Assembly (NCBI GenBank): GCA_964016885.1 | Contig: OZ024747.1 | Span: 21,390,001 to 21,454,000 of the forward strand | DNA from: Eledone cirrhosa | Taxonomy: Eukaryota | DNA: 64,000 bases | Direction of reading: 5' to 3' | Shown here: in pieces, positions 24,771 to 39,047 of the stretch | Numbering within the stretch: position 1 is the first letter of the stretch | Layout of the letters: the number at the start of each line of letters is the position of its first letter | Position numbers and translations under genes: made by a program | The notes under the pieces: generated by a model | Told to the model about the DNA's origin: nothing | The model's input: only the letters and a program-made list of their open reading frames with translations | Database searches by the model: none

Positions 24771-26855
24771 GATGATACAACTGACTATGGTTGGTGATGT
24801 CATCAAAGTCTGATTAGTAACAATTGGGGACATAACCAAGTTCTCTTTGCTTAATATTGATGCTGTCACTGAACACTAGTTGGCTATGATTGATGATGTC
24901 AACAATAGTTATTTAATTATGACTGCTTATCACAGAAAATGTTCCTTGTTTCAATTACTGGTGTCATCAAATGTTATTTGGTTACAATTCCTGATACCAA
25001 TTACTCTTCTTCTTTTACTAACTTACATCATACATAATGACAGGTGCATATCTCACTAATTATAGGATTTCAGTGGCATTGTTCCATCATTTTCTTTTTT
25101 CAAAGCAACAAATACCTGGGATCACTGGTCCTTGTAGGAATATGGTAATTACTAGGATTTATACTCTCAACCATGCTTTAACACTTTAGCATTTAAACCG
25201 GCCATATCCGACCAGAATTCTCTCACCTCTTTCTGTTCAATCCAGCTGTAACCAGCCCTTCATACTGATGTTAAGGTATTGTTTTCAAAATAAATAATAT
25301 CAAAATCTCATAGATTCAATATTATGTGAGATAATTATGTAAGATAAAGCCTTTCCTGTGAAAATATAATAGTATATAGAGAGTAATGTAAATAGTAGAG
25401 GGTTAAGCACAAGCAGTATTAATATTCTTTCATTTGTAGTCTTATTTGGTGAAGAAACCTGAGTGACACGAGTATAAGTTAATTAAATCAAAAACTGGTT
25501 GGTAACAATTGTTGATGTCATCAAATACTGGTTGTTACAATTAATGATGTTATCAAAGACTAGTTAGCTATAATTGCTGATAAAAGTGTAAATGTTTTAG
25601 TTTGCAGTGGTGAATTCCTCATCTGCCAAAAGAAGAAAAAAATATTAGTAAATAATAATAAATAATAATAAAATAGAATAAAATAAAAAAGAGAATTTCT
25701 ATAGGACAGCTTGAAATCACTCAACACTTTACTCTGTTATTTGTTTATCTTGTATAGTTCTCACTCATTTCTTGACATCACCCAACCAACACATGTGTTT
25801 GTATTCTTCTAGTTCTTTACACCTCTCATATCATATGCAAATATTCAAACAGTTAAAGAGAGGAGGAAAAACATCAAAGATGTAACAAAATAAGAAAATG
25901 GTAAATTAGAGAAAAGAAACGTCAAACAAAAATCTAATTTAAATTCTGAGAATTTAAAGAAAATGTTTGCACATGATCGAGCAAACACAACTAAAATTAT
26001 CTGGAGGCAATAGAAAATATGATGCCTTACTAACCAAGAGGATTTTAAACGGCTATAGACACAGCTCCTTTGCATATTAATCAACAAAAATAATGTCTAT
26101 ATGAAGTATTAGTCGCTACATTACACACAATATCTTTCTTTTCCTATACACAAAAACAAAATCTTCAAACTCACCTCAAATAGTTAATAATAGAACTATA
26201 CAAGTAAGGCCACATTTGTTGAGCACTCAAACTCAATGCTGTTGCTTTATAGAGAGAATTGTTGTTTTGACTAAAAATTAACTAAAATTTGTAATTACAT
26301 TTAAAGATGGTTTCATTCATGTACTCTACTGGTCAACAAATCAGTTTAGCTGTGACAAGCTATATTAACTATGATAAAATTTTGCTGTTTTAACAGTTTT
26401 TCTTGCATTGAGTTTCCCTCATTATTCTATGAATTCTAATACAATCACGTTTCAACTCTTCCTTCGAGAAAACTTTGTTTACAATAAAATGTAAAAGCAC
26501 TCAACAAAAAGCGCCCAATTCACAATATAAGGCAGCAGGGCTTGGGTTCAGGATAAAAAGCACTCAGTCCACCTTGTAAGTTGGTAGAGCCAGTGTTATG
26601 ATACATACTGTATGCTCTCAATACATACTGTAAAGTGGCTAGCATTAGGAAGAGCATCCAGCCATTAAAAAAAGGGCAAAACTGAAGTATACAAGCAAGA
26701 TGTGGTCACCTGACCAATCTAGCCTCAGTGAAGAAAAATGTTTAAAATAAAATGATGATGAAAGGTTTTAATTTAAAGATAGACATTTTAAGATGAGCAG
26801 TTTTATATCATAATTCCAGTGTGGTGGTTTGTTATGAAAAGGGTTGGTATTATTT

Positions 26856-27035
26856 TGGCAGTATCGGTAGAGGGTCGGACGTCATGCTTTGACACATAGA
26901 GTTACGGCCCTTGCCATTCTGAGTTCAAATCCCGCCGAGGTTAACTTTGCCTTTCATCCTTACGGGGTCGATAAAATAAAGTACCAGTAATACACTGGGT
27001 CATTGCTGGCCTTGTGCCTAACGTAGAAACAATTA
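26856..27035 (+). mobile_element. SINE family A, slightly 5'-truncated
   Basis: Starts at TTGGCAGTATCGG; flanked by ATTATTTTGG. Confidence 0.9.
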
Positions 27036-27037
27036 TT

Positions 27038-27220
27038 TTGGCAGTATCGGTAGAGGGCCGGACGTCATGCTTTGACACATAGAGTTACAGCCCTTGCCAT
27101 TCTGAGTTCAAATCCCACCGAGGTTAACTTTGCCTTTCATCCTAACGGGGGTCGATAAAATAAAGTACCAGTAATTCACTGGGTAATTGCTGGCCTTGTT
27201 CCTAAAATAGAAACAATTAT
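27038..27220 (+). mobile_element. SINE family A (tandem with previous)
   Basis: Same truncation point and same flanking repeat ATTATTTTGG. Confidence 0.9.
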
Positions 27221-28019
27221 TTTGGTCTGAATCAGTGTTTAGTGAGGAAGGTTGATGTTTTAGGCTTGTTTTGGCAACAATTTGTCTGTGTAAATTAATG
27301 AACTGGCACACCAGCTGATTAGTCTGAAAGGTGATGAGGTAGGTACATACTACTGCTTCCTGTTATTGCTATGGAAGCTGTTGCAACTGAAAGCCAAGTT
27401 GGTGCAACTATGAATGGTCCAAAAAAGTTTGACAGTGTAATATTGATTTCTAATTTAAACATAAGATTAGCAAATGGAGTGGGAGGCTAAAGTTCATTTA
27501 ATCAACCCCCAGTATTTGACTGGTACTTTATTTTATGGATGATAAGTAAAATTGAACTCATAATGTAAAGAACCAGGACAAATATGACAATGGCATTTTA
27601 TCTGATACTCTAACAATTCTACCAATGTCCCACACTTTTGACAGTGTAATGGTGGTGCTAGTTGGTTTCTATAGAGACCGTTGACAAAATCAACCTTAAA
27701 TTTGTGGTTCATGTTCATGCCACTGGCATGTCACGAATATAATTTGAGATACTCACTACAACTTAACTAGAAAAGGATGTATAACAATCTTTTTATCTAA
27801 ATATGAGGTCAATCTCAAAGGGATTTAACCTCAGAATTTTGGTGTTTACATTCTGAATTCAAATCCCACCAAAGGCAACTTTGCCCTTTATCTTTCTAGA
27901 GTCAATAAATTAAAGTATCAATAAAGTACAAGAGTTGATGTATTTGTCTTTCCTCTCCTAAATTTACTAGCCTTATCCCTAAATTAGAAATCAATATTTG
28001 AATGTAATTTACAACTACT

Positions 28020-28490
28020 AACTACTATAGTGACCAGCATCTGAAAGAAATGCTGTTGCTATATACAAATGTGGGCGAACATATTCCTTTATATATGTGG
28101 TCAATATTTGTATGTATCTTACACTACTAACTTTTATAGCTACCACTATCTGAAAGAAATTATTGCCATGTACCTATGTGTGTGTGTACATATTCCTTTC
28201 TATATATAGTCAATATTATACCTGACACCACTGAAAGAAATTGCTTTGTTATGTATTTCTCTGTTAGTGAAGGTATTTGTCTCTTGTTGTGGTCAATATT
28301 TATATGTACTTTGCACCACTAACTATTATAATTACCAATATCTGAAAGAAACTATGTTGCTATGTACTTACATGTATGAATGTAGTTCCTTTCATATGTG
28401 GTCAATATGTGAATGCATTTTACACTACTAACTTTTATAGCCACCAACATCTCTGAGAGAAGTTTTGTTACTATGCACTTATAAAGGTGA
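28020..28490. repeat. Degenerate ~110-bp tandem repeat (~5 copies)
   Basis: Recurring CTGAAAGAAA..TGTTGCTATG and GTGGTCAATAT motifs at ~28041, 28150, 28231, 28342, 28453. Confidence 0.65.
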
Positions 28491-29111
28491 ACATATCTCT
28501 CATATTTCTCTATATGTGTGTATGTATATGTGTATGTAAGGATGGGTGGATGGATGGATATTTATCTAAAAACATTCCATCATAATTATTTATAACCTTT
28601 GTTAAGTCACTTTCTTTATTTTTCACTCTCACTTTGTCTTTATGTATCTCAACCATCTTAATAATGAGTAAATTAGTTACTTTATTAAATCTCTCTAAAT
28701 CTCTAAATTCTTAATTATTTTCAAAATCGTTTAAAAATCATTGGTAGTATTTTTCATTAGAAATAAGGAAATAAATAAAGTTAATATTTAAATGTATGTC
28801 ATGCGACTAATTATATTATAATTACCAATACCTTGAGGAAATGATGTTGCTATGTGTGAGAATGTATTTTTTGTGAAGTATATATAAATATTTAGTCATC
28901 ATCATCATCATTTAACATAAGTTTTCCTTGCTAGCATGAGTTGGATTGGTTGTCACAGACCAGGTGAGTAGTTAGTCAAAGCCAGTGACATCTCAGATGG
29001 TCTAATGGCCCACGTCTCTTACATACATTCTTGCACTCTGCTAAGTGTGGCAGATGCACTTGATCATATTATGTGTGTGGGAGTTTCAGTATGTGTGTGC
29101 GTTTGTGTGTT

Positions 29112-29147
<36 letters not shown>

Positions 29148-29159
29148 CTCATTCTGTAC

Positions 29160-29425
29160 TATGACAAAATCTATGGCAAACTCCTTCGAACCTCTTCCCT
29201 TCTAAAATCCCGGGGAGCTCAATTTGCTGGCCACTGTCACCGTGCCAGCAATGAAATCATATCCACTCTCTTGCTCTGGAACCCTGACTCCAGCCTGACT
29301 AGGAGTAGGAGGCTGTCATTCCCTGACGTTATCTCTAGGGATACGGGAATCAGTAGACTGGACCTGGGGGCAGCGATGGGGGACAGGGAATTCTGGGGCA
29401 TGAGAGTGAGATCCGTCATGATGAC
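29160..29425 (+). pseudogene. 3' fragment of RTE/RTE-X-like LINE ORF2
   Basis: IYGKL...SSLLKSRGAQFAGHCHRASNEIISTLLLWNP...LSFPDVISRDTG...DLGAAMGDREFW matches the FAGHC.R...LLW.P / M.DR..W C-terminus of RTE-group ORF2. Confidence 0.75.
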
Positions 29426-30216
29426 TATGACATTAGATGTGTTGAATAGAGTTGAGCCAATTAATTCATATCCAAATAATTTGGCAAGAAAGCAGCATTA
29501 AAAAAAATTATAATCTTGTATTTTATTTAACAGTGTACCGACACTATCAATTATCATCATCACCATTGTCATTTAACATCTATTTACCATTCTTGCATGG
29601 GTTAGACTGATTATCATGCTATGGGGCTCAGGTGAGGCTCAGATGGCTATGTCTTACTCATAGGTTCTGTTTTTTTTTTGGGGGGGGGGGGGCTCGGTTT
29701 CTATGGCTGGATGCCCTTCCTAATACCAACCACTTCACATCATGTATGGGGTGCATTTTAGTGTGACTCTGCTACTAATACCTCACAGTATGGACATGGT
29801 GTATGCTTTGTCATGGCACCAGCACTAGCCTTGCAGAGTTGACTGGGTGTTTTTTATTATGGCATTAGCATTATCACTTTACTGAGTGGACTGGGTGCAT
29901 TTTTATTTTGGCACCAGCATAAAGATGGCAAATACATTTACCATACTTAAATACTAAATTAAACAAATCATGATATCAAATATGTTAGTGTAAGCCCTAA
30001 GAGAGAGAGAGAGAGCGAGAGAGAGAGAGGGGGAGAGAGATAGAGAGAGAGGTGGGGGGAGTATCAAAAACATCAAAGTTTAAACAATGTAAATAATGCA
30101 AATGCTCACTTAGCTACTACTACTACTACTCTCATTCATTCTCTCATGGTTTCATTGTCTCCTACTGTGTTACATGAAATATCAAAATACACATCTGAAA
30201 TCATTATAAGTAATAT

Positions 30217-30290
30217 AGGGGTCGATAAAATAAAGTACCAGTAATGTACTGGGTAATTGCTGGCCTTGTGCCTAAAGTAGAAACAATTAT
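30217..30290 (+). mobile_element. 5'-truncated SINE family A (3' part only)
   Basis: GGGGTCGATAAAATAAAGTACC...GAAACAATTAT with TSD ATTATAAGTAAT. Confidence 0.85.
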
Positions 30291-30407
30291 AAGTAATCAT
30301 TCATAAAATACAATATTTGGAGTTTCTAACTCTCGTAGTTTCTGAGATATCAGCAAAAACTAAAAGAAGGTATTCTTTTAGTGTTAGAGTAATCTTTTGT
30401 GTTAGAG

Positions 30408-31190
30408 CACAGGTTCTCAACCCATTTAGGCCAAACGCCCCCTTTTGTCCCTCGAAATCACGAAACGCCCCCCCCCCCCCCTCTATTTTTCCATTTTTCA
30501 ATATACTACTGATTTTTATATCAGTAGATTACTAAAAAATTGATTAACAATATTCCAAAGATGTGTGTATTATCTGATTATGTGTTGTATGTGGTCCTAG
30601 ATGTGTGTATTATCTGATTATGTGTTGTATGTGGTCCTAGATGTGTGTATTATCTGATTATGTGTTGTATGTGGTCCTAGATGTGTGTGCTACTCGCTTC
30701 TGTTTTTTCTTTTCTTTTTTTATTATTTGTAATATTAATTATACAATAGGGAATAAAATAGATCTACATAGTGTTAACTCGTTGCAGTTGAGTCAATAAT
30801 TTCAGACATGAAATACATTGTTATCGGTGAAGGAAAGATAAGATTCTAACTGGCTGCACCCAAAGTGTCTTTGACCAAGTTGACTGTGGGTTTTTCCATT
30901 TTTAGTATCTCAATTACCGGTTAACATCTCAATTACCAGACATGCCTGCACACCTGCTCACAGCTGCCGTCAGACTATAGTTATGCAAGCTCATTCAAAT
31001 GCACTCCCTGGCTGTCTCAAAGACATACAAATATGGCTTATAAAATTTACCAAAATAAAGAGCCTTCCAGCGCCCCCTAACCCCCCTCCCCCAGCTCCAA
31101 ACGCCCCCTAATGCGACCTTGCTCCCAAACGCCCCCCTGGAGTTCCGAAACGCCCCCTGGGGATGCATATGCCCCCGTTGAGAACCTTTG
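30408..31190. mobile_element. Non-autonomous hAT element
   Basis: TIRs CACAGGTTCTCAAC / GTTGAGAACCTTTG; perfect 8-bp TSD TGTTAGAG (30400-30407, 31191-31198); subterminal AACGCCCC repeats at both ends; internal 40-bp tandem repeat x3 (~30559-30690). Confidence 0.88.
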
Positions 31191-31720
31191 TGTTAGAGTA
31201 ATCTTTAGTACTGATGTCATGAAAAGAAACACACCCAATACATGTACCTAGTGGTAGGTGTTAGGAAGAGCATCTAGTAGCAGAAACCATGATAATAATT
31301 AAATGTACAAGTGTGATGTGGTCCTTGGAGGGCAGTAACTCCATGTGAGAACTGACTTGGAATGTAACAATCCATCCAACCCATACCAGTAAAGAAAGTG
31401 GACATAAAATAATGTTGATGTTGACGATGATATCGTTTCTGTCACTGAAAATAATGTCAGACTGATTAAGTGCTGTATAGTGGTCAGTCTGTACACTAAA
31501 TTTCCACAGTATCTTTGCATCATTGGGAAAAATGCTTTACAGTATTTTTTCAGCACTCTTAATGTTCTGAGCTCAAATCCTGCTACAGTCAATGTTGCTA
31601 TTCATCCTTCTAGTGGTCAGTAAAATAAAGTACCATCATTGTACTGGTGTTGGTATTTACAACTTCCCCATCCCCCATGGCCTTATGCCAAATTTAGGAA
31701 CCATTATTATTTTCTAAGGC

Positions 31721-31913
31721 AGGGCGGTGGATTGGCAGTATTGGGAGAGGGTCGGACGCCATGCTTTGACGTATAGAGTTACGGCCCTTGCCATTCTGAG
31801 TTCAAATCCTGCCGAGGTTAACTTTGCCTTTCATCCTTACAGGGTCGATAAAATAAAGTACCAGTAATGCACTGGGTAATTGCTGGCCTTGTGCCTAATG
31901 TAGAAACAATTAT
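31721..31913 (+). mobile_element. SINE family A inserted at the tail of an older SINE
   Basis: Full copy with TSD ATTATTATTTTCTAAGGCA; a diverged copy precedes it (~31530-31705). Confidence 0.9.
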
Positions 31914-32536
31914 TATTTTCTAAGGCAAATGGAATTTCATATCAGAATAACAGAAAAAGGTGTGTGTCCTTAGAACAATGTTAGAGCATTGAACTAAATA
32001 ATAACTTTCAGGAAAATAAATCCCATTTATCTACCTTATAATTTCTAAGACCTCTTAAGAAAGGGTGGGAATGTGATTGAAGAGGGTTCAATTTTCTCTC
32101 CTCCTTCTGTGACAATCAAGGAAGCAAGTACATATTTCTAGTGTTAATTCAATTCAATCAGCTAACTTTACCACCTTCGTTGCAAATATCTGGCCCTGTG
32201 CCAATTTTGGAAATCATTATTATATAAATCAAATAATATTCAAGATATGTGCATACATGCAAACACATACCACACACGGACACAAACACACACACATAAA
32301 ATCACATATGAGCACGCATATAAGCACATACACATGCTCTCTCACACATACAAATATTATAAACAAGAGACTAAATAAAAGAGCACTGAAGCAGTGACCA
32401 AAATAATGTAAAAATGGCTTTGATGTATGAAGGAAGCCATCATTGAAAGTATTAATGTTTATAGAACTTTGAGTACACGGCCATCGCAGAAATTCTGAAG
32501 GGAATGAATATCTGAGATAAAAACACCGTTTAGCAA

Positions 32537-32571
<35 letters not shown>

Positions 32572-32919
32572 CACATACATCTATATATACATATATATAT
32601 ATTGTTAAACTTTCTCACTTTTATCTAGGCCAGGCACTTTCATAATACACCCTCCTGCTGGAATATATATATCTGGCTATCTATATGTCTGACTGTTTAT
32701 CTATCTGATTTTCACCCATTCAACTACACCTTGCCATATCACCATATATATCATTATTATCAGTTTTACATCAGCTTTTCCATACTGGCATGGGTTGGAG
32801 GGGATTCTTTGAGGTAGTTTACAAATGGATGCCTTTCCTGGCACCAACATTTTTAGTTGCTTCAAGTAGGGATATAGCATACCTAGACTGAACTAGATAT
32901 ATGTACGTTATATTATATA

Positions 32920-33006
<87 letters not shown>

Positions 33007-33258
33007 ATTTGAAGACTAAAATCCAAAGAGGGCTCGATAAGGATAAATATATATCAAATATATAAGAACCATAGAGCAAAGAATCGCTGCTTTCACCCTA
33101 GCGATTCTTTGCTTAAACTTTAATCTGTTATTTTAATAAATATATATATTTATATATATATATATATGTATGTATGTATATTGGTAAAATATTTTAAAAA
33201 GAGATCTCAGTACAGAAATAGTTTTATCTCAGCAATCAAAATATAAAGGTCTATGAAC

Positions 33259-33302
33259 CATTACCTGAAGAGCTGATTGCAGTGAAACTATTAGTTACAA
33301 TG
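33259..33302 (+). ncRNA. Degenerate minimal hammerhead motif
   Basis: CAUUAC-CUGAAGA-GCUG(AUUG)CAGU-GAA-ACUAUUAGU-U-ACAAUG. Core and stem II intact; stem I has 2 proximal mismatches. Confidence 0.5.
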
Positions 33303-34429
33303 TGATTGAAGGATAATCCAGCAATTGAATAAATGTTTGAATGTGTTTATGTATGTATGTTTATGTATGGGTATACATGTGTGCGTGTGTGTGCATATTT
33401 TTTCTTTTTGTATTGCATTGACTGCTCTCTACATTTATATATATATATATATACATACAATGCCTGATAAGTGCTATTTTTTCTATGTTGTGCATACTTG
33501 CAAGTCTTGAAGTTTTGATTATGTATTTTCTTGCATTTGTTTTTATCCTTTGCATGGCACCTATTTCTTTTATTTATTTATATTATTTTGTTTTGGTTGG
33601 TCGTGAATATCTGCTAAACAGATATAGAACTGATTTTTATTTCATGAATACAATAAATATCTATTATTATGGGGATTTTAACTGTATTCCAACCCAACTT
33701 TTAGTTATCTCTATTTAGACATCTTTATATGTGCATAGTTTCTCCAGTTCTTTTAGAACTACATTGGTGAAATGGATACATCAATAAGAAGATCTTTATA
33801 TTCCTGGTGGTCTCTGTAAATAATATCTGGACGATTTATCTTAATTTCCTTCCCTGACTGTGGGAACCCATATTGTTGTTGTTGTTATTATATATTAATA
33901 ATTATTTTCATAAAAACTGGTTTTGATAAAAAAATCCTAGACTACTTGATTGTTTTGTAATATTTGGTTGCATGTTTGGACGTTTTTATTTGGGGTGGTG
34001 GAGTTTTTTTTGTTGTTGTTCTGGGATAACTTTGAATTTCATTGCTTTAAGGTTCCTGAATAACACACTAGTAATGTACTGATTTGATTTAGTCAATTGT
34101 ACCTTTCCTCATGGTTTCATGCAGGCATTAAACCAAATATATACCTTCCATTTGTTCACATCCAATCAAGTTGACTTGTGTCCATATATATGTGTGTGTT
34201 TGTATGTGTATGTATGAAAACAATTATAGAGAAGCATTTGACATTTCCAAGGAGAGTTACATTGGAGCTTAAGTGTGTAGAGTCATAAGCCTATTTCTCA
34301 TGGGACTCTACAGGAATGACGGCCTAATGATTTTCAAGAACTGAAACATGAATTATTCAACAGGAACAATATAAACGCTAGTTATTCCACAACACTTTCA
34401 AAAGGAAATATAATTTTGTTGCATAACCA

Positions 34430-34462
<33 letters not shown>

Positions 34463-34510
34463 CGGGTTCAATCAGAGGTAACCACAGTAAGTAAGATACT
34501 TAATACATAG

Positions 34511-34641
34511 TAGAGTATATACAATATTTAATATAGAAATGGCTTCTACAGGACTAGAACTGTTTCCTTCAAAGGAAATCAGCAAGAAACAGTTCTAGTC
34601 CTGTAGAAGCCATTTCTATATTAAATATTGTATATACTCTA
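34511..34641. repeat. Perfect 56-bp inverted repeat built from a hammerhead-element fragment
   Basis: 34511-34566 is the reverse complement of 34586-34641; arms contain GAAACAGTTCTAGTCCTGTAGAA as in the 17313 hammerhead. Confidence 0.88.
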
Positions 34642-34655
34642 TATACAATATTGTG

Positions 34656-34718
<63 letters not shown>

Positions 34719-36086
34719 ACACAGTGCTGGTGATAAAAGACACCCAGTTCACCCTGTATGAGGGTGGTGCTGCTGCTGCCACAACAACAAAAAGCATCCT
34801 GTCCAACCTGTAAGATGGTCAGGCTGGTATCATGAAAAAATCATCCTGTAAAATGGTCATGTTGGAACCATAACAAAAAATCTCGCAGTCCACCCTGTAA
34901 GATAGTAATAGTGGAGCCAGTACACACTATAATGTAGTTGGCTTCTAGAAGGGCATCAAGCTGTAGAAAACCAAGGCAAAAACATATTTTGTGAGCGAGA
35001 CTTAATCGCCTGACCTGACTAGACGCGTAACATCTAATACATACTAGCACAGAAAATAGACATTAAATGGTGATGATGATGGTGATGATGATGGTATATA
35101 ATCATAGTTTGTTTATATCCACTTTCTATGATAGACTATGTATATGTGTGGGGAGATGTATAAACACTGTCAATTATGAATTTTCTATAAACCAGTAAAA
35201 ATTACAATAGTTCTTTTATTCTTTTAAGTTTTATTCTCCTCAAAAGCACCATTACCAATATCATTATCAACTCCATCACCATCATCATCAATCATCATCA
35301 TCATCATTATTATCTTTAGTTCATTTCACTTCCTATATATGTTTACAGTTTTACTTCTACTATCTCGAAATACATCATTCAGTTTTCACATGTACCCAGC
35401 AAATGAAGGATTCTTTTTAGTTACATGGTTGCTTGCAATGAAAAGACATTTCAAGCACGCAATTAATTAACTGCTAATTGATAGTTAAAATCTTTGGATG
35501 AAATATATATAATGTTTATTATATTCATTTTATTTATTCATTTTATTATTTATTTTGTTATATATGTAGTTAATTATTTGTGATTTTGAAAGCTTTTTCG
35601 TCTTATTTGATTTTCTATTTCCTATCAAATATAACATGACGTTTTAACTGAACACACAATATAATTTTTATATAAGTCAATATTGCATTAGTATATCTTG
35701 TACATACATCAGATATTGAATTACTTTATTCATTCACTAATTAAATTCTTATAATTCAATCAGCATAAAGTTATACTTTCTAGATGGACATCAATGAAAA
35801 AAAAATTAATTTATCGAAATAACCATCTAACTGAAAAGCCAACCTTTATTTACCAACTTATTGCAACCACTAATCCCAAATCACTTCTACTACCACCACA
35901 ACGGTTCCTACTGCTCTGAATTAACAAACGGAGTAATACCAATCCACATGCACAATTAATTCACCCTCCTGCCTGCCTTTGATCTAATTTTAAATTTAGA
36001 CTGTTCAGCACGAAATTTCTCACGGCTTTTATTATAGACATCCAAGAGAGACCCTTAAAATTGTTGGTAGACAGCAGTGGGAGAAT

Positions 36087-36121
<35 letters not shown>

Positions 36122-36977
36122 TTAGCATCCATCTTCCGTGCTAGCATGGGTAGGACAGGCTGTCCCTTTGTGAGAGATCAGGTTGAGGGACCATGATGCG
36201 CTCACACAGAACTGATTTTGACTTGGTTTCTATGGCTGGATGCCCTTCCTAACGCCAACCACATTTGCAATTTACTAATACATGTGGTGAAAAACAGTAG
36301 TGGTAGAATGTTGGGTCATTAGTTCATGTAGTAAACAGTACTGGTAGAATGCCTGGTGGCTAGTATATGTAGTGAACAGCAGCAGTGGTAGAAAGTTGAA
36401 TAAAATACCTTATATTTCTGAGTTCAAATCCCATCCAAGATGACGTAGCAGTTAATTATTTTGAGATTAATAAAATAAGTAACCAGTTAAAGTACCAAAG
36501 GTTGATATAATTAACTAAGGCTTTAGAGATCAGAATTCTTTCACCAAGCATTACTACAGCACCAATAAGTGTAACCTTGGAAATCCATAAAAGAATAAAA
36601 CTGAAAAAAATATGATCAAGTTTTTCAGATTTGATCACCAGTAAGATTACAAGCTCTGCTCTCCTATATCATTTTGTCTCAGAACTTATCTTATTTTTTG
36701 ACATTTACATTTTTCTAAGTAGATATTAACAGAAACATTGAAACAACATTCTTCATTAAGGTGGCAGGGGTGTGGTGGTGGTGGTGGTGGTGGTGGTGGT
36801 GTTCATCAAATTACGATTACCTAATTGATTGGAAAAGAAAATAGTTTTTCCACATTAAAAAGTTTCTTGAAAGAAATATATGTGTTTGAAAATTATGTGT
36901 CTGTGACAATATTTTCTTGAAAGATTTGGTTTTATTATTTGAACATATACACATAAATGTAGATATATGTATGTATG

Positions 36978-37042
<65 letters not shown>

Positions 37043-37437
37043 ATATATATATGCACACACATATACACACACACATATATACACACGCATGTGCTCGCAC
37101 ACACATATATACATATATAATTGTTGTGAAATTAGTAGAAAAAGAATAATTTATAAAATTTGAAAGTGAGAAAAAATGCTTTTAAGTCCACATGAAAAAA
37201 AAAAACCATCTAATCTAAGAGAAATATTAATTTATTTTTCTTATGTGGAGCTATTATTGTTTGTTAATTTGTTGCTGTTGTTGTTGTTGTTGTTGTCTTC
37301 CTTATTTACACCGACCACACACACAAACATTCACCTTTGCTCTTCCCTGGAATCTATAATTTGTTACATTAAAAACAGGGGAAAAGAAAAAACAAACTTT
37401 CCTATAAATTCGAATAATTTTTTGAAAATCATGTCGA

Positions 37438-37805
37438 ACACATCTAAATTTATTATATAGCTCCAAATCTCCTTGAATCTCATTTTATGTGTGTTTGTGT
37501 GTGTTTGTGTGTGTGTGTGTGTGTGTGTTTGTGTGTGTGTCTGTGTGTGTGTCTGTGTGTGTGTGTGTGTAGAAAAACGGGTGTAAAATGATGGTTATAT
37601 ATAAATATATATATATATATATGTATGTATATACATATATATATATATGTATATACATATATATATATACATATATATAACCATCATTTTACACCCGTTT
37701 TTCTATACAGACACACACACACACAAACACACACAAACGCACACAAACACACACATAAAATGAGATTCAAGGAGATTTGGAGCTATATAATAAATTTAGA
37801 TGTGT
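37438..37805. repeat. Large fold-back palindrome with (TA)n-rich centre
   Basis: Unique blocks CATCTAAATTTATTATATAGCTCCAAATCTCCTTGAATCTCATTTTATG and AGAAAAACGGGTGTAAAATGATGGTTATA both recur inverted; the intervening (GT)n/(AC)n tract lengths differ. Confidence 0.88.
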
Positions 37806-37941
37806 TATACATACATACATATATATATATATATCTGTATATATGTGTATGTATATACATATATATATATGTATGTATATACATACATATATATATCTAT
37901 ATATGTGTATGTATATACATATATATATATATATATATAAG

Positions 37942-37973
<32 letters not shown>

Positions 37974-37982
37974 TGTGTGTGC

Positions 37983-38080
37983 GTGCCTGTGTTGTGTATA
38001 ACTAAGAAAACATGTTACATGATATATATATATATATATAATGTAACATGTTTTCTTAGTTATACACCACACAGGCACAC
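37983..38080. repeat. Short fold-back palindrome with (TA)n centre
   Basis: GTGTATAACTAAGAAAACATGTTACAT ... ATGTAACATGTTTTCTTAGTTATACAC. Confidence 0.85.
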
Positions 38081-38160
38081 ACACACATAGATACAAACAC
38101 ACAGACACACACATATATATATATATATTATTATTATTATATATATATATATATTATTAT

Positions 38161-38204
<44 letters not shown>

Positions 38205-38504
38205 CTGTGTGTTTATATATATACTCGTAAACATTTGATTTCTTTTGTTTTTTTATATATTTATTTTGTTTGTCTTTATTCCCAACTGTTTATTGTTCAT
38301 AAAACTGTAAGGCAAACCTGACTAGTCAGAGGCAATTAAAGGAACTGGCAAAACAAATCTAACAGTTCAGATGTTTTCACATGTAAAATTAGAAAATGGA
38401 GGAATAAATAATAAATTTAAATTTAAGAGTGATTTAAAGAGCAAGAGGGATAGAGAGAGTAGGAGTGAGGGAGAAATAGAGAAAGGTATGGGGGGGGGGG
38501 GGGG

Positions 38505-38526
38505 TAGAAGGACAGATAGAGACAAG

Positions 38527-38565
<39 letters not shown>

Positions 38566-38812
38566 ATTTTAAAGGACAGATAGAGATAAATACAGAGAGA
38601 AAGAGAGGGAGAGAGAGGGGGGTTTAAAAGGACAGATAGAGGCTAAAACAGAGAGAAAGAGTGAGAGACAGAAGGTGTTAGAAAGGCAGATAGAGACAAA
38701 AACAGAGAGAGAGAGAGCAGGAATGAGGGAGAGAAAGAGGGGAAGATTTAGAAAGACAGAGACAAAAACAGAGAGAGAGAGAGAGAGAGAGATTTAGAAA
38801 GAGACAGAGACA

Positions 38813-38852
<40 letters not shown>

Positions 38853-39047
38853 GAAAGAGACAGAGACAAAAACAGAGAGAGAAAGAGATTTAGAAAGAGA
38901 CAGAGACAAAAACAGAGAGAGAGAGAGAGAGAGAGAGATTTAGAAAGAGACAGAGACAAAAACAGAGAGAGAGATATATTTAGAAAGAGACAGAGACAAA
39001 AACAAAGAGAGAGAGAGAGAGATTTAGAAAGAGACAGAGAGAGAGAG
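38505..39047. repeat. (GA)-rich compound minisatellite
   Basis: Unit GATTTAGAAAGAGACAGAGACAAAAACA(GA)n repeated with variable n. Confidence 0.85.
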
